Source: Candidatus Woesebacteria bacterium RIFCSPLOWO2_01_FULL_44_24b (GTDB lineage Bacteria > Patescibacteriota > Microgenomatia > UBA8517). Taken from it: a DNA stretch of 64,000 bases. The stretch is from the NCBI GenBank assembly GCA_001793235.1, contig MGHM01000014.1, positions 3,857 to 67,856 on the forward strand. Direction: 5' to 3'. The first letter of the stretch is position 1; the number at the start of each line of letters is the position of its first letter. The translations under genes and the position numbers were made by a program. Positions 28,321-37,286 of the stretch are shown here, one piece after another. The notes under the pieces are model-generated. The model had not been told where the DNA came from, made no database searches, and saw only the letters and a list, made by a program, of their open reading frames with translations.

Positions 28321-29834
28321 CCAAAAAGTGGACACGGACAATAGTCGGACTGGTTTTAATTCTTCTGTGCGCGTTTTTGTTAAGAATTTATCAGCTTAAT
28401 TTAATTCCGGTTTTTGTGGATGAAGCAATTTATGTCCGCTGGGCGCAAGTAATGCGAGCCGAGCCATCCTTGCGGTTTTTGCCGCTTTCGGACGGCAAGC
28501 AGCCCTTGTTTATGTGGGCAGTCATTCCTTTCTTCAAGTTTATTGCTGATCCCTTGATAGCGGGGAGGGTAGTGTCTGTGTTAACTGGTCTTGGCACGAC
28601 GGCGGGCGTTGCGGCACTAGGCTACCTTTTATTTAAATCAAGAAAAGTGGCGCTCTTGGCTTCTCTACTCTATGCCCTATCCCCTTTCGCGGTGTTTTTT
28701 GACAGGATGGCACTCGTTGACTCTATGCTTTCTTTTTTTGGCGTCTGGACTTTAGTTTTTTTAATATTGGCCACGAAAAAGCTCAGTTTGGGTTTTGCCT
28801 TTTTAGCAGCTTTCGCCCTTGGAGGAGCATTATTGACCAAGTCGCCTGCCTTATTTATTGCACTCCTTTCCCCATTAGCCTTAGTTTTCACCCAAAAGGC
28901 TAAAGTAAAAAAGATTCAGAGTTTAAATTATTTTAAATCTATAGGGCTTCTTTTGGCTGTTTTCGCGGTTGCGTTCGCAATGTATAACATTCTTCGGCTT
29001 GGGGAAAATTTCCATATGATTGGTTCAAGAAACATGGACTATGTTTTCCCCTACAGCCGAATTTTAGAAAGTCCGCTGGACCCTTTATTGCCGTACCTGG
29101 ACAGGGCGGTTGAGTGGCTGGTAATTATGGGACCAGTTGCACTTTTGGGGCTCGCTGCCACTGGTTTTTTTGGCAATTTCCGGAAATACAAAATCGAAGT
29201 GTTGGTACTTTTTGCTTTTGCGGCTTTACCCATAGTTGTTCAAGCCGAGTACGCCCGGGTTTTTACTTCCAGGTACATTTTTTTTACACTCCCTGCCTTG
29301 GTGGTTCTTGCTGCTGCCAGTTTGAAAAAATTTAATAAACCTGCTGGTCTTTATGGAGTCTCTGTTTTGGTCGCCGTTTTTTTGGTGCAGTCACTTTTAT
29401 TTTATGTTGAGTTTTTCAAAAACCCAGAGAAAGCCAACTGGCCTGAGCATGATGGCTACCTTGCCGATTGGACTGCAGGGACCGGAATTAAGGAAGCAGC
29501 AGAAATTATAAAAGCCGCGCGTGATGTAAATCCGGGCAAAGATATCGTTGTGGGGACAGAGGGTTATTTTGGGACACTTCCGGACGGCCTCCAGATTTAT
29601 CTTGAAAAAGAACCCAATATAACAGTAATCGGAGTGGGGCTTGATATAAGTCATGTTCCAGATAGCCTTTCGGAGTCGGCTAAGGCGGGTAATATTACTT
29701 ATTTGGTGGCCAACTCTTCCAGGCTAGCATTTGTACGGCCGTTTGAAGAATATGGCCTGAAAATCATAAAGTCTTGGGAAAAAGCAGAAAACCGGCTCGG
29801 CAAGCGGGATGTGTTTTATATGTTTGAATTATGA
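28317..29834 (+). CDS. GT-C membrane glycosyltransferase (ArnT/PMT_2-like)
   Basis: VFVDEAIY, DGKQPL, FDRMALVDS, LLTK; GTGA overlap start at 28317. Confidence 0.83.
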   Translation: MTKKWTRTIVGLVLILLCAFLLRIYQLNLIPVFVDEAIYVRWAQVMRAEPSLRFLPLSDGKQPLFMWAVIPFFKFIADPLIAGRVVSVLTGLGTTAGVAALGYLLFKSRKVALLASLLYALSPFAVFFDRMALVDSMLSFFGVWTLVFLILATKKLSLGFAFLAAFALGGALLTKSPALFIALLSPLALVFTQKAKVKKIQSLNYFKSIGLLLAVFAVAFAMYNILRLGENFHMIGSRNMDYVFPYSRILESPLDPLLPYLDRAVEWLVIMGPVALLGLAATGFFGNFRKYKIEVLVLFAFAALPIVVQAEYARVFTSRYIFFTLPALVVLAAASLKKFNKPAGLYGVSVLVAVFLVQSLLFYVEFFKNPEKANWPEHDGYLADWTAGTGIKEAAEIIKAARDVNPGKDIVVGTEGYFGTLPDGLQIYLEKEPNITVIGVGLDISHVPDSLSESAKAGNITYLVANSSRLAFVRPFEEYGLKIIKSWEKAENRLGKRDVFYMFEL

Positions 29835-30547
29835 CAACCCCCCACCTATCACTAGTAATCCCCGCCTACAACGAAGAGGGGATAATAAAAAGTAATTTAG
29901 AGAAAGTATTAAAATTTCTTTCTAAAAAGAGTTATTTGTGGGAGATAGTGGTTGTAGATGACGGCAGCCGTGATAATACCCCGGACATTGTTAATAGTTT
30001 AAAGAAAGTTAGACTTGTTAAATTACCGGAAAATATGGGTAAGGGTGCGGCGGTGAAAGCTGGCATGCTTAAAGCTCGTGGCAAGCTAATTATTTTTATG
30101 GACGCGGATTTGTCAGTTCCACTTAATTATATTGACGTCGTTGTGAGGGCGTTGCACAGTAGCGACGTGGCTATAGGCTCAAGGAGAGTGAAAGGGTCGG
30201 TCATCAAAAAACACCAACCATTCTTACGTGAAAATATGGGCAGGGTTTTTACCAAGTTGACCCAAATAATCATCGGGAGCAAGATTGCCGATTTTACCTG
30301 CGGGTTTAAAGGTTTTACGAAGGAGGCGGCAAGCAAGGTTTTTGCGCACGGCGTAATAGATCGCTGGGCTTATGATGCTGAAATTATTTTCTTGGCGGAA
30401 AAATTTGGGCTTAAAATTACTGAAGTTCCGGTTGAGTGGATAAACAGGGAAGAGACCAGAGTAAAAGTTGGGCGTGCCACAATTGAGTCGTTAATCGACT
30501 TGGTTAAGATCAGATTTTTTGGATTGGCGGGGAAGTATGAAGACTAA
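29831..30547 (+). CDS. Dolichyl/polyprenyl-phosphate glucosyltransferase-like GT2 (ALG5-like)
   Basis: PAYNEE, DDGSRD, GKGAAVKAGM, FMDADLS, DFTCGFKGF, YDAEII. Confidence 0.88.
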   Translation: MTTPHLSLVIPAYNEEGIIKSNLEKVLKFLSKKSYLWEIVVVDDGSRDNTPDIVNSLKKVRLVKLPENMGKGAAVKAGMLKARGKLIIFMDADLSVPLNYIDVVVRALHSSDVAIGSRRVKGSVIKKHQPFLRENMGRVFTKLTQIIIGSKIADFTCGFKGFTKEAASKVFAHGVIDRWAYDAEIIFLAEKFGLKITEVPVEWINREETRVKVGRATIESLIDLVKIRFFGLAGKYED

Positions 30548-32135
30548 AATACTGCTTCTTTTGCTGACAATTCCGGCAATTATCGCATTACTTAAACCGG
30601 GCTATTTCCCGATGCATGATGACATTCAGGGAATGCGGGTCTACCAGATGTATAAGTGCGTGTTAGACCTTCAAATCCCCTGCCGTTGGGTGCCCGATAT
30701 GGGCTTTGGTTATGGCTACCCGCAATTTAATTTCTATTCCCCCCTCCCCTATTATTTGATGGAAATTCCGGTCCTTTTTGGCGGCTCAATTCTTGCAAGC
30801 GTCAAACTTGGGTTTTTGGCAAGTCTGGTTCTCTCGGCGTGGAGCATGTATCTTCTGGGCTCTTTTTTGTGGGGCAAAAAAGGCGGGGTAATTAGTGCGC
30901 TTTTTTACACTTACGCACCATATAGGGCAGTGGATATTTATGTTCGGGGAGCAATGGGCGAAGCCTGGGCCTTTGTTTTTTTGCCACTGATTTTATTGTT
31001 TACTCTAAAGCCAAAGTCCACCATTCCCCTGGCACTATCGATCGCCGGATTATTCTTGACACACAACATAACAGTTATCATGTTTTCCCCCTTTTATGTT
31101 ACCTTTGTCCTCTTCTTTAGAAAAAATCACGGTAATGATTTAAAAAATATTTTGAAGTCAGGTATTTTGGGCTTTGCCCTATCTGCCTTTTTTACTCTGC
31201 CCGCTTTCTTGGAAAAAAATTATACCCATGTTGAGTCGGTCCTCATGGGTTATTTTAATTATCTCGCGCACTTTGTTGGAGTCGGTCAGCTATTTTTGTC
31301 CACTCACTGGGGCTATGGCGTATCCTCACTTGGGGAACTGGATGGGATGTCCTTATCGGTTGGAGTTCTGCACTGGAGCATTCCTCTTTTGGTTCTTATC
31401 CTTCTTTTTTACTTAAAGAAGATCGAGGAATTTCGCAAAGTTTTAATTTTCGTGATTCTGGGTTTTCTTGCACTATTTCTTATTCATCCAAGGTCTCAAT
31501 TTATCTGGGACAACGTTTCACTGCTTTCATATATCCAGTTTCCATGGCGGTTTCTGGGTATTGCCGTCTTTTGTTTTTCACTAGCCAGTGGAGCACTGAT
31601 TAAATTAACCAACAGAAAGCTGTTAATGGTTATAACAATCTTTGTAATTCTGATTCTTATGAACGGTTCGTTTTTCAAACCGGAGAGATATGTTTACATT
31701 ACTGATGGTGAAAAGTTTTCTGGGGACAGTTGGTTGAAACAACAAACAATAAGTATCTTGGATTATTTGCCGGCAGGAGCCCAGCACCCGCCGACTTCAC
31801 CGGCTTCAAATGGGCCGAAGTTTTCAGGCGAAGTGATTTCTGGCCAAAAGGGCACGAACTGGCAGACTTGGGAACTAAATGTATATGATGAAGACAATAA
31901 GCTTGAGCTTCCTCTGTTTTATTTTCCGGGTTGGGAAGTGAAAGTGGACGGGGAGCCAGTGAAAATTGACAGCGCCAACGAACTTGGTTTAATAACTGTT
32001 GATGTCCCGTCTGGCCAACACTTGGTTGAAGCCAGACTTAAAGATACAAATTTAAGATTAATCGCGAATTTAGTAAGCTTGATTGGTCTTGGTGCTCTAG
32101 TGTTATATAGAAAAATAAAATGGTTATCGCACTAA
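30537..32135 (+). CDS. GT-C membrane protein, YfhO/PTPS-related family, paralog 1
   Basis: MHDD, PCRWVPD.GFGYGYPQFNFY, YVRGAMGE, THN, QFPWR, YFPGW. Confidence 0.8.
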   Translation: MKTKILLLLLTIPAIIALLKPGYFPMHDDIQGMRVYQMYKCVLDLQIPCRWVPDMGFGYGYPQFNFYSPLPYYLMEIPVLFGGSILASVKLGFLASLVLSAWSMYLLGSFLWGKKGGVISALFYTYAPYRAVDIYVRGAMGEAWAFVFLPLILLFTLKPKSTIPLALSIAGLFLTHNITVIMFSPFYVTFVLFFRKNHGNDLKNILKSGILGFALSAFFTLPAFLEKNYTHVESVLMGYFNYLAHFVGVGQLFLSTHWGYGVSSLGELDGMSLSVGVLHWSIPLLVLILLFYLKKIEEFRKVLIFVILGFLALFLIHPRSQFIWDNVSLLSYIQFPWRFLGIAVFCFSLASGALIKLTNRKLLMVITIFVILILMNGSFFKPERYVYITDGEKFSGDSWLKQQTISILDYLPAGAQHPPTSPASNGPKFSGEVISGQKGTNWQTWELNVYDEDNKLELPLFYFPGWEVKVDGEPVKIDSANELGLITVDVPSGQHLVEARLKDTNLRLIANLVSLIGLGALVLYRKIKWLSH

Positions 32136-33784
32136 TTATTTCGGTTCTGACAGCACTCAGGCTTTTTGGGCCTGGGTACTTTCCAATGCATGACGATCTT
32201 CAGGTAATGCGGCTATATGAACTGGAAAAATGCTTCGCGGACGGCCAAATCCCCTGCCGCTGGGTGCCGGACATGAATTTCGGTTTTGGCCAGGCAATGT
32301 TTAATTTTTATAGTACCTTGCCATATTATCTCGGGGTTCTTATTCGTATAGTTTTGCCAATTTCAATTCTCACCACTGTTAAGATTCTTTTTGCGATTAG
32401 TCTTGTCGGTGGCGCATTGGGGATGTATTCCCTCTCAAGAGAATTTTTCGGGCATAGGGGAGCGATTATTGCCTCAGCCCTGTACGCGCTTGCACCATAC
32501 AGAGCGGTTAACGTTTATGTACGGGGAGCCATGGCGGAATCTTTTTCACTTGCGATACTCCCCTTTTTGTGGCTTTCAATTTATAAGGTGATTAAGGAGC
32601 CCAATTTCAAAAATTCTGCATTTGTAGCCTTGGCAGTCTGTGCACTTCTTATGACTCACAATATCTCGACATTCGTGTATTTCGGTTTTACTGCCGTGTG
32701 GACTTTGTTTTGGCTTTTTCAGAAATGTAAAACCAAAAATCTCCGGGCGCTTATTTTTAGTTCAGTCTTGGGCGTGGCGTTGGCTGGCTTTTTCATAGTT
32801 CCGGTTGCTATTGAGCAAAGCCTTGTCCAAGGCGAGCTTTTTATTTCCGATTATTCTAATTATACCGGGCACTTTACTACATTAAACCAATTATTCATAA
32901 GCCGTTTTTGGGGCTATGGGGGCTCAATTTTTGGTGAGAACGACGGCATGGCTTTTCAAGTCGGCTGGCCGCATTGGTGGGCGGCAATTTTAGTTGGTAT
33001 TTCGGCGCTTTCTCAACTAACTCGAAAAAATAGACAGAGTATTATGGTTTTGGGGTTATTGGCACTTTCCTTATTTTCTTTGTTTATGACTCACAATAAA
33101 AGCACTTTCTTGTGGGAAACTCTTCCCATGATTGCCTTTGTTCAGTTTCCATGGCGGTTTCTGGGCATTGCCGTATTTTTGCTCTCACTTGCTTCCGGCG
33201 GAATTTCAAACTTTCCGGGAAAAGTCTTTAAAAAATTACTATTTATTGCTGTCGTTATTACGGCATTAGTTTTTAATTTCGCTTATTTTAAACATGAAAG
33301 AACATATGACTGGTTGACTGATGAAATCAAGCTTTCTGGAGCCGATTTACTTGTCCAACAAGGCGCAGCTGCGCAGGATTATTTACCCGTAACAGTTGAA
33401 AGCCCGCCTCTAAACACCGCACCGGGAAAGCCTGTTTTAGTTAACGGCGAGGCAGAGCTGCCCAATCTCACTAAAACATCCAGCACCTTTTTCTTTGATG
33501 CAAACGTATCCCGGGAATCTGAGGTTGATGTCCCCATAATTTATTTTCCTAACTGGGAGGTCTATTTACTTGAGGGCCAAGGCAAGCGAATTGATGCCGC
33601 TCCCAGTGAAATCGAGGGTTTGATTAGAATTAGTCTCCCTGCGGGTAAGCACATGGTTTATGGCAAATTCGTGAGTACTCCCGCAAGAATCTTGGGTAAT
33701 GCTTTAAGTGCTAGTGCCTTTTTCATTTTAATTGCCGGCGCTGTCATTACCAATAATAAAAGAAAGTTTCTGGGGCTTGAATGA
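32120..33784 (+). CDS. GT-C membrane protein, YfhO/PTPS-related family, paralog 2
   Basis: MHDD, PCRWVPD, FNFY, YVRGAMAE, THN, QFPWR, YFPNW. Confidence 0.8.
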   Translation: MVIALIISVLTALRLFGPGYFPMHDDLQVMRLYELEKCFADGQIPCRWVPDMNFGFGQAMFNFYSTLPYYLGVLIRIVLPISILTTVKILFAISLVGGALGMYSLSREFFGHRGAIIASALYALAPYRAVNVYVRGAMAESFSLAILPFLWLSIYKVIKEPNFKNSAFVALAVCALLMTHNISTFVYFGFTAVWTLFWLFQKCKTKNLRALIFSSVLGVALAGFFIVPVAIEQSLVQGELFISDYSNYTGHFTTLNQLFISRFWGYGGSIFGENDGMAFQVGWPHWWAAILVGISALSQLTRKNRQSIMVLGLLALSLFSLFMTHNKSTFLWETLPMIAFVQFPWRFLGIAVFLLSLASGGISNFPGKVFKKLLFIAVVITALVFNFAYFKHERTYDWLTDEIKLSGADLLVQQGAAAQDYLPVTVESPPLNTAPGKPVLVNGEAELPNLTKTSSTFFFDANVSRESEVDVPIIYFPNWEVYLLEGQGKRIDAAPSEIEGLIRISLPAGKHMVYGKFVSTPARILGNALSASAFFILIAGAVITNNKRKFLGLE

Positions 33785-35436
33785 GAAAAATTTTACTAGT
33801 TCTATTTTGTGCTTCCATACCTGCTATTTGGTATTTGGTTGCTCCGGGCGGCTATGAGCCACATGACCTTCACCATTTGGCGGATATTTATGAGATGCGA
33901 GCGGCAATATTGTCAGGGCAAATTCCACCCCGCCTAGGCCCAGATTATTTGTTTGGCATGGGTTACCCCTTATTTAATTTTTACTATGTTTTGCCTTTTT
34001 ATCTTGGAGCCTTTTTTTACGCTCTCACGGGGAGCTTGATGGCAGGCTTTAAACTCGTGTTTTTAGCATCAGTATTCGTGTCGTTAACAGGAATGTATTT
34101 TCTCCTTAGAAAGTTTTTTGGAACTTGGGCGTCCACTGCAGGCGCGATACTCTATCTATATACCCCGTTTCGTGCAGTCGAGATTTATGTCAGAGGAGCG
34201 ATAGGGGAGGCCTTGGCGCTCGCAATTCTCCCTTGGGTTTTATATTTTTTGGTTACTTTAGTCCTGCCTGCGCAGTCAGGTAAACAAACCAGCAAAAGAA
34301 ATATTGCCATATCGGCTTTCGTGTTGGTACTGTTTTATTTAGCACACAATTATTTCTTTTTATTGACCGCGCCGTTTATATTATTTTTTGTAGCAATTCT
34401 TATTTATTTTGATAAAAAGAGAAGTAAAAAAATAAAAGCAATTCTTATGACAGGAGCATTGTCTGCCGGACTTTCGGCTTTCTGGTGGCTGCCTGCATTT
34501 GCCGAATATAAATTAGTTGCATCGGGAACGCCCTTTGTCCTGATCGACCACTTCCCTTTTTTGAAACAATTAATAGTGCCGAGCTGGGGTTATGGAAGTT
34601 CGGTCTGGGGGCCATACGACGAGATCTCCTTTCAAATTGGCATAGCAAATCTGGCTGTTCTTGCTTTGGTCGTTGTAATATTCCTTAAACAAAGAAAAAG
34701 CAAAAACATTAATTTCAAAATTTCTTTATTAGCATTGCTTTCGTTTTTGGTTGTTGTGTTTATGATGAACATCCGCTCACTTTTTATTTGGAACCTGATT
34801 CCCTTCACTAACTTTATTCAGTTTCCCTGGAGGCTTCTAACACTAACTACATTTTTTACAGCATTTCTAGCAGGTTTTGTAGTTGATAATTTAGGGCCGA
34901 AGAAGCTATCAGCCATTCTACTTGCTACTTGCTCCATGCTACTTGTTTTCTTCTATTTCCGGCCAAGCAAAGTGACAAATAAAAGTGACGAAGAATATGT
35001 GAAACACTTCTTTTCAAATCCTCAGTATAGCGAGGATTATTTACAGCTACCGTTGTCGGCCTCTGAGAGATCAACAAATGCTATTACACAGAGATTTGCA
35101 ATCGAAAAGGGGCAAGTTGTCTTTGAAAATGAAATATCAAAAGTTCGCTGGAAGGCTGAGATAAGTGCAGATGAAAAGTCTGAAGTTACGGCCAGTGTTC
35201 TCAACTTCCCCGGCTGGTATGTGAAAGTGGACGGAAATACGGTCGAGACCTACCCGAGCGACCCTTACGGACAATTAACTTTTGGAGTTGACAAGGGAAC
35301 TCACGAAATCGAGCTCTATTGGGCAGAAACCAACTTGAGATTGTTGGCAGATATTATCAGTTTACTGTCGCTGGGGGTAGTTTTGATACTTATTTTACCT
35401 CGGGGTATTTATCGGGGTGCTCCAGATAAGACTTGA
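33781..35436 (+). CDS. GT-C membrane protein, YfhO/PTPS-related family, paralog 3
   Basis: PHD, GYPLFNFY, YVRGAIGE, AHN, QFPWR, NFPGW. Confidence 0.8.
   Translation: MRKILLVLFCASIPAIWYLVAPGGYEPHDLHHLADIYEMRAAILSGQIPPRLGPDYLFGMGYPLFNFYYVLPFYLGAFFYALTGSLMAGFKLVFLASVFVSLTGMYFLLRKFFGTWASTAGAILYLYTPFRAVEIYVRGAIGEALALAILPWVLYFLVTLVLPAQSGKQTSKRNIAISAFVLVLFYLAHNYFFLLTAPFILFFVAILIYFDKKRSKKIKAILMTGALSAGLSAFWWLPAFAEYKLVASGTPFVLIDHFPFLKQLIVPSWGYGSSVWGPYDEISFQIGIANLAVLALVVVIFLKQRKSKNINFKISLLALLSFLVVVFMMNIRSLFIWNLIPFTNFIQFPWRLLTLTTFFTAFLAGFVVDNLGPKKLSAILLATCSMLLVFFYFRPSKVTNKSDEEYVKHFFSNPQYSEDYLQLPLSASERSTNAITQRFAIEKGQVVFENEISKVRWKAEISADEKSEVTASVLNFPGWYVKVDGNTVETYPSDPYGQLTFGVDKGTHEIELYWAETNLRLLADIISLLSLGVVLILILPRGIYRGAPDKT
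34263..34280. repeat. 18-bp palindrome inserted in frame (encodes LPAQSG)
   Basis: cctgcctgc|gcagtcagg, one mismatch from a perfect palindrome; absent from the equivalent position in the paralogs. Confidence 0.7.
34914..34948. repeat. Heptamer repeat (CNNNCTA family) inside a GT-C gene
   Basis: cattcta cttgcta cttgctc catgcta cttgttt. Confidence 0.7.
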
Positions 35437-35779
35437 TCTCCGGGGCATCATCCTTTACTTCAACAGTGCCAATATACTGTCTTTTTTTGAATGACCCTCT
35501 TTCTTGATTTTTCTTATTTTGTACTTCTAATAACTTTTCTTTTGAAACTTGAAGTGCCAAAAGTAAGTTGTCAATTATTTCCTGAATATCGACGAGTTCT
35601 TTTAGGAGTTCTTCACCTTCAGAATTAATCAGTTCCGATGCCTCTTCTATAATTTTCTTTTTGAGCTCATCAATATATTCTTTGTCTGAAAGCGTTTTCC
35701 AATTTGGATGGTTGCCGTTTGCGATTATCGCGTCTACAATTTTATCTCGAACAAGCTTCTCAAACTTAAACTTACGCAT
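35390..35779 (-). CDS. MazG-like nucleoside triphosphate pyrophosphohydrolase (PRA-PH-like family)
   Basis: KLVRDKI, LKKKIIEEASE, ELVDIQEII, K.QERGSF. Confidence 0.85.
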   Translation of the reverse strand: MRKFKFEKLVRDKIVDAIIANGNHPNWKTLSDKEYIDELKKKIIEEASELINSEGEELLKELVDIQEIIDNLLLALQVSKEKLLEVQNKKNQERGSFKKRQYIGTVEVKDDAPEIKSYLEHPDKYPEVK

Positions 35780-35819
35780 ACGATATTATATCACCAAGCT
35801 TTCATGCTACAATTTGAGT

Positions 35820-37286
35820 GTGGAAGAAGCTTTTGAGGTCCCTTTGGAGGAAGTTAAAGCTCGGGCTGTCCGTGGAGTAGTGGCTATCATGGGGCGAGGC
35901 TTTTTCATCCAGTTTGTAGCTCAAATCTCGCAATTTTTTCTTCTGGCGTTTTTGTCAGTTGAGCAAATGGGGGTTTTTTGGATAGTCTCGGCTGCAGTTG
36001 GTTTTTTAGTGTTTTTTAGCGACATTGGCCTTGCCGCGGCGCTTATTCAAAAGAAAGAAAGACCGACCAAAGAAGACTTGAGAACTACTTTTACCGTTCA
36101 ACAGGTTTTGATTATTTCACTACTTGTAATTCTCTATCTCCTTACTCCACAGCTTAGGAATCTTTATAACTTAAGCAGCGAGGGAGTGATTCTCCTTTAT
36201 GCCTTGGGCTTTTCACTTTTTCTATCTTCCTTGAAAAGCATTCCTTCGGTGCTACTTGAGCGGAAGCTTGAGTTTTCCAAGTTTATTATTCCTGATCTTC
36301 TGGAAAGTTTGGTTTATAGCTTAGTGGTGGTTTTTTTGGCTTGGAAGGGCTTTGGGATTATGAGCTTTGCTTATGCGGTAGTCGCTAGAGGGATTGTGGG
36401 AGTTGTTACTATTTATTTGCTGGAGCCATGGAGACCCGGATTTGCTTTTTCAAGAAGTTCTCTTGGGGGATTATTTAAGTTTGGAGTACCGTACCAGATA
36501 AACCAGCTTATTGCAGTTGTCAAAGACCGCGGTGTTACTCTTGCCTTGGGAGCCGTTGTTGGCACATCAGGAGTTGGCTATTTGGGAACTGCGGAGCGGG
36601 CGAGTCAGATTTCGCTGCGCCAATTTCTTGATCCTATCACCAAAGTCACTTTCCCGGCCTTTGCCCGTATGCAGGGCCATCGTGATGAGCTTGCAAATAG
36701 TGTCACCAGATCCTTGATGGTAATTACTTTCTTTGTGTTTCCCTCCGCTGTCGGCATATGGCTTACTGCGCCCTTAATAATTAAAGTCATCCCCAATTAT
36801 GCAAAATGGGAGCCGTCTTTAGTTCCTCTTGGATTTATGACGGTTAATGTTTTGTTTGCAGCTGTCACCACGCAGCTTACTAATATGCTTTCGGCAATTG
36901 GCAAAATTAAAACCGTCTCCAAGCTCATTGCCATGTGGGCAATCCTCACAATTTTATTAGTTCCAGGACTTGGGCATTTGTACGGAATAAACGGGGCAGC
37001 ACTTGGGTATGCCTTGGTCTCGTCGACTTCGGTAATCGCGATAGCCATAGCCAAGACTTATGTTAACTTTTCCCTTTCGCAAAGTGTACTAAAAACCGGG
37101 GTAGCCACTTTGGTGATGGGAGCCGTAGTTGCCGTTTCGCGGCTGTTCGCACCACCTACGCTTCCGGCATTGGTAGTTGTTATCACGATGGGAGCGATTA
37201 GCTACCTAGCCACTTCATATGCGCTACTGGGCAACGCTCTAATTTTAGATGCTAGAAAATTTGCGAAAAACTTTTTCAATAGGTAG
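35820..37286 (+). CDS. Wzx-like oligosaccharide flippase (MOP superfamily)
   Basis: KARAVRG, FSDIGLAAALIQKK, LERKLEF, VTFPAFARMQ; 12-14 TMs; GTG start 6 nt after TACAAT. Confidence 0.88.
   Translation: MEEAFEVPLEEVKARAVRGVVAIMGRGFFIQFVAQISQFFLLAFLSVEQMGVFWIVSAAVGFLVFFSDIGLAAALIQKKERPTKEDLRTTFTVQQVLIISLLVILYLLTPQLRNLYNLSSEGVILLYALGFSLFLSSLKSIPSVLLERKLEFSKFIIPDLLESLVYSLVVVFLAWKGFGIMSFAYAVVARGIVGVVTIYLLEPWRPGFAFSRSSLGGLFKFGVPYQINQLIAVVKDRGVTLALGAVVGTSGVGYLGTAERASQISLRQFLDPITKVTFPAFARMQGHRDELANSVTRSLMVITFFVFPSAVGIWLTAPLIIKVIPNYAKWEPSLVPLGFMTVNVLFAAVTTQLTNMLSAIGKIKTVSKLIAMWAILTILLVPGLGHLYGINGAALGYALVSSTSVIAIAIAKTYVNFSLSQSVLKTGVATLVMGAVVAVSRLFAPPTLPALVVVITMGAISYLATSYALLGNALILDARKFAKNFFNR

Noticed and set aside
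30537-35436. 6-pyruvoyl-tetrahydropterin synthase function for the three paralogs
   Set aside because: The family name is historical. These are multi-TM GT-C-like proteins with no T-fold PTPS domain.
35661-35819. N-terminal extension of the flippase ORF (likewise at 5328, 11322, 44870, 48763, 51646, 57495)
   Set aside because: The extensions overlap neighbouring genes, and downstream ATG/GTG starts fit domain boundaries and promoter spacing better.
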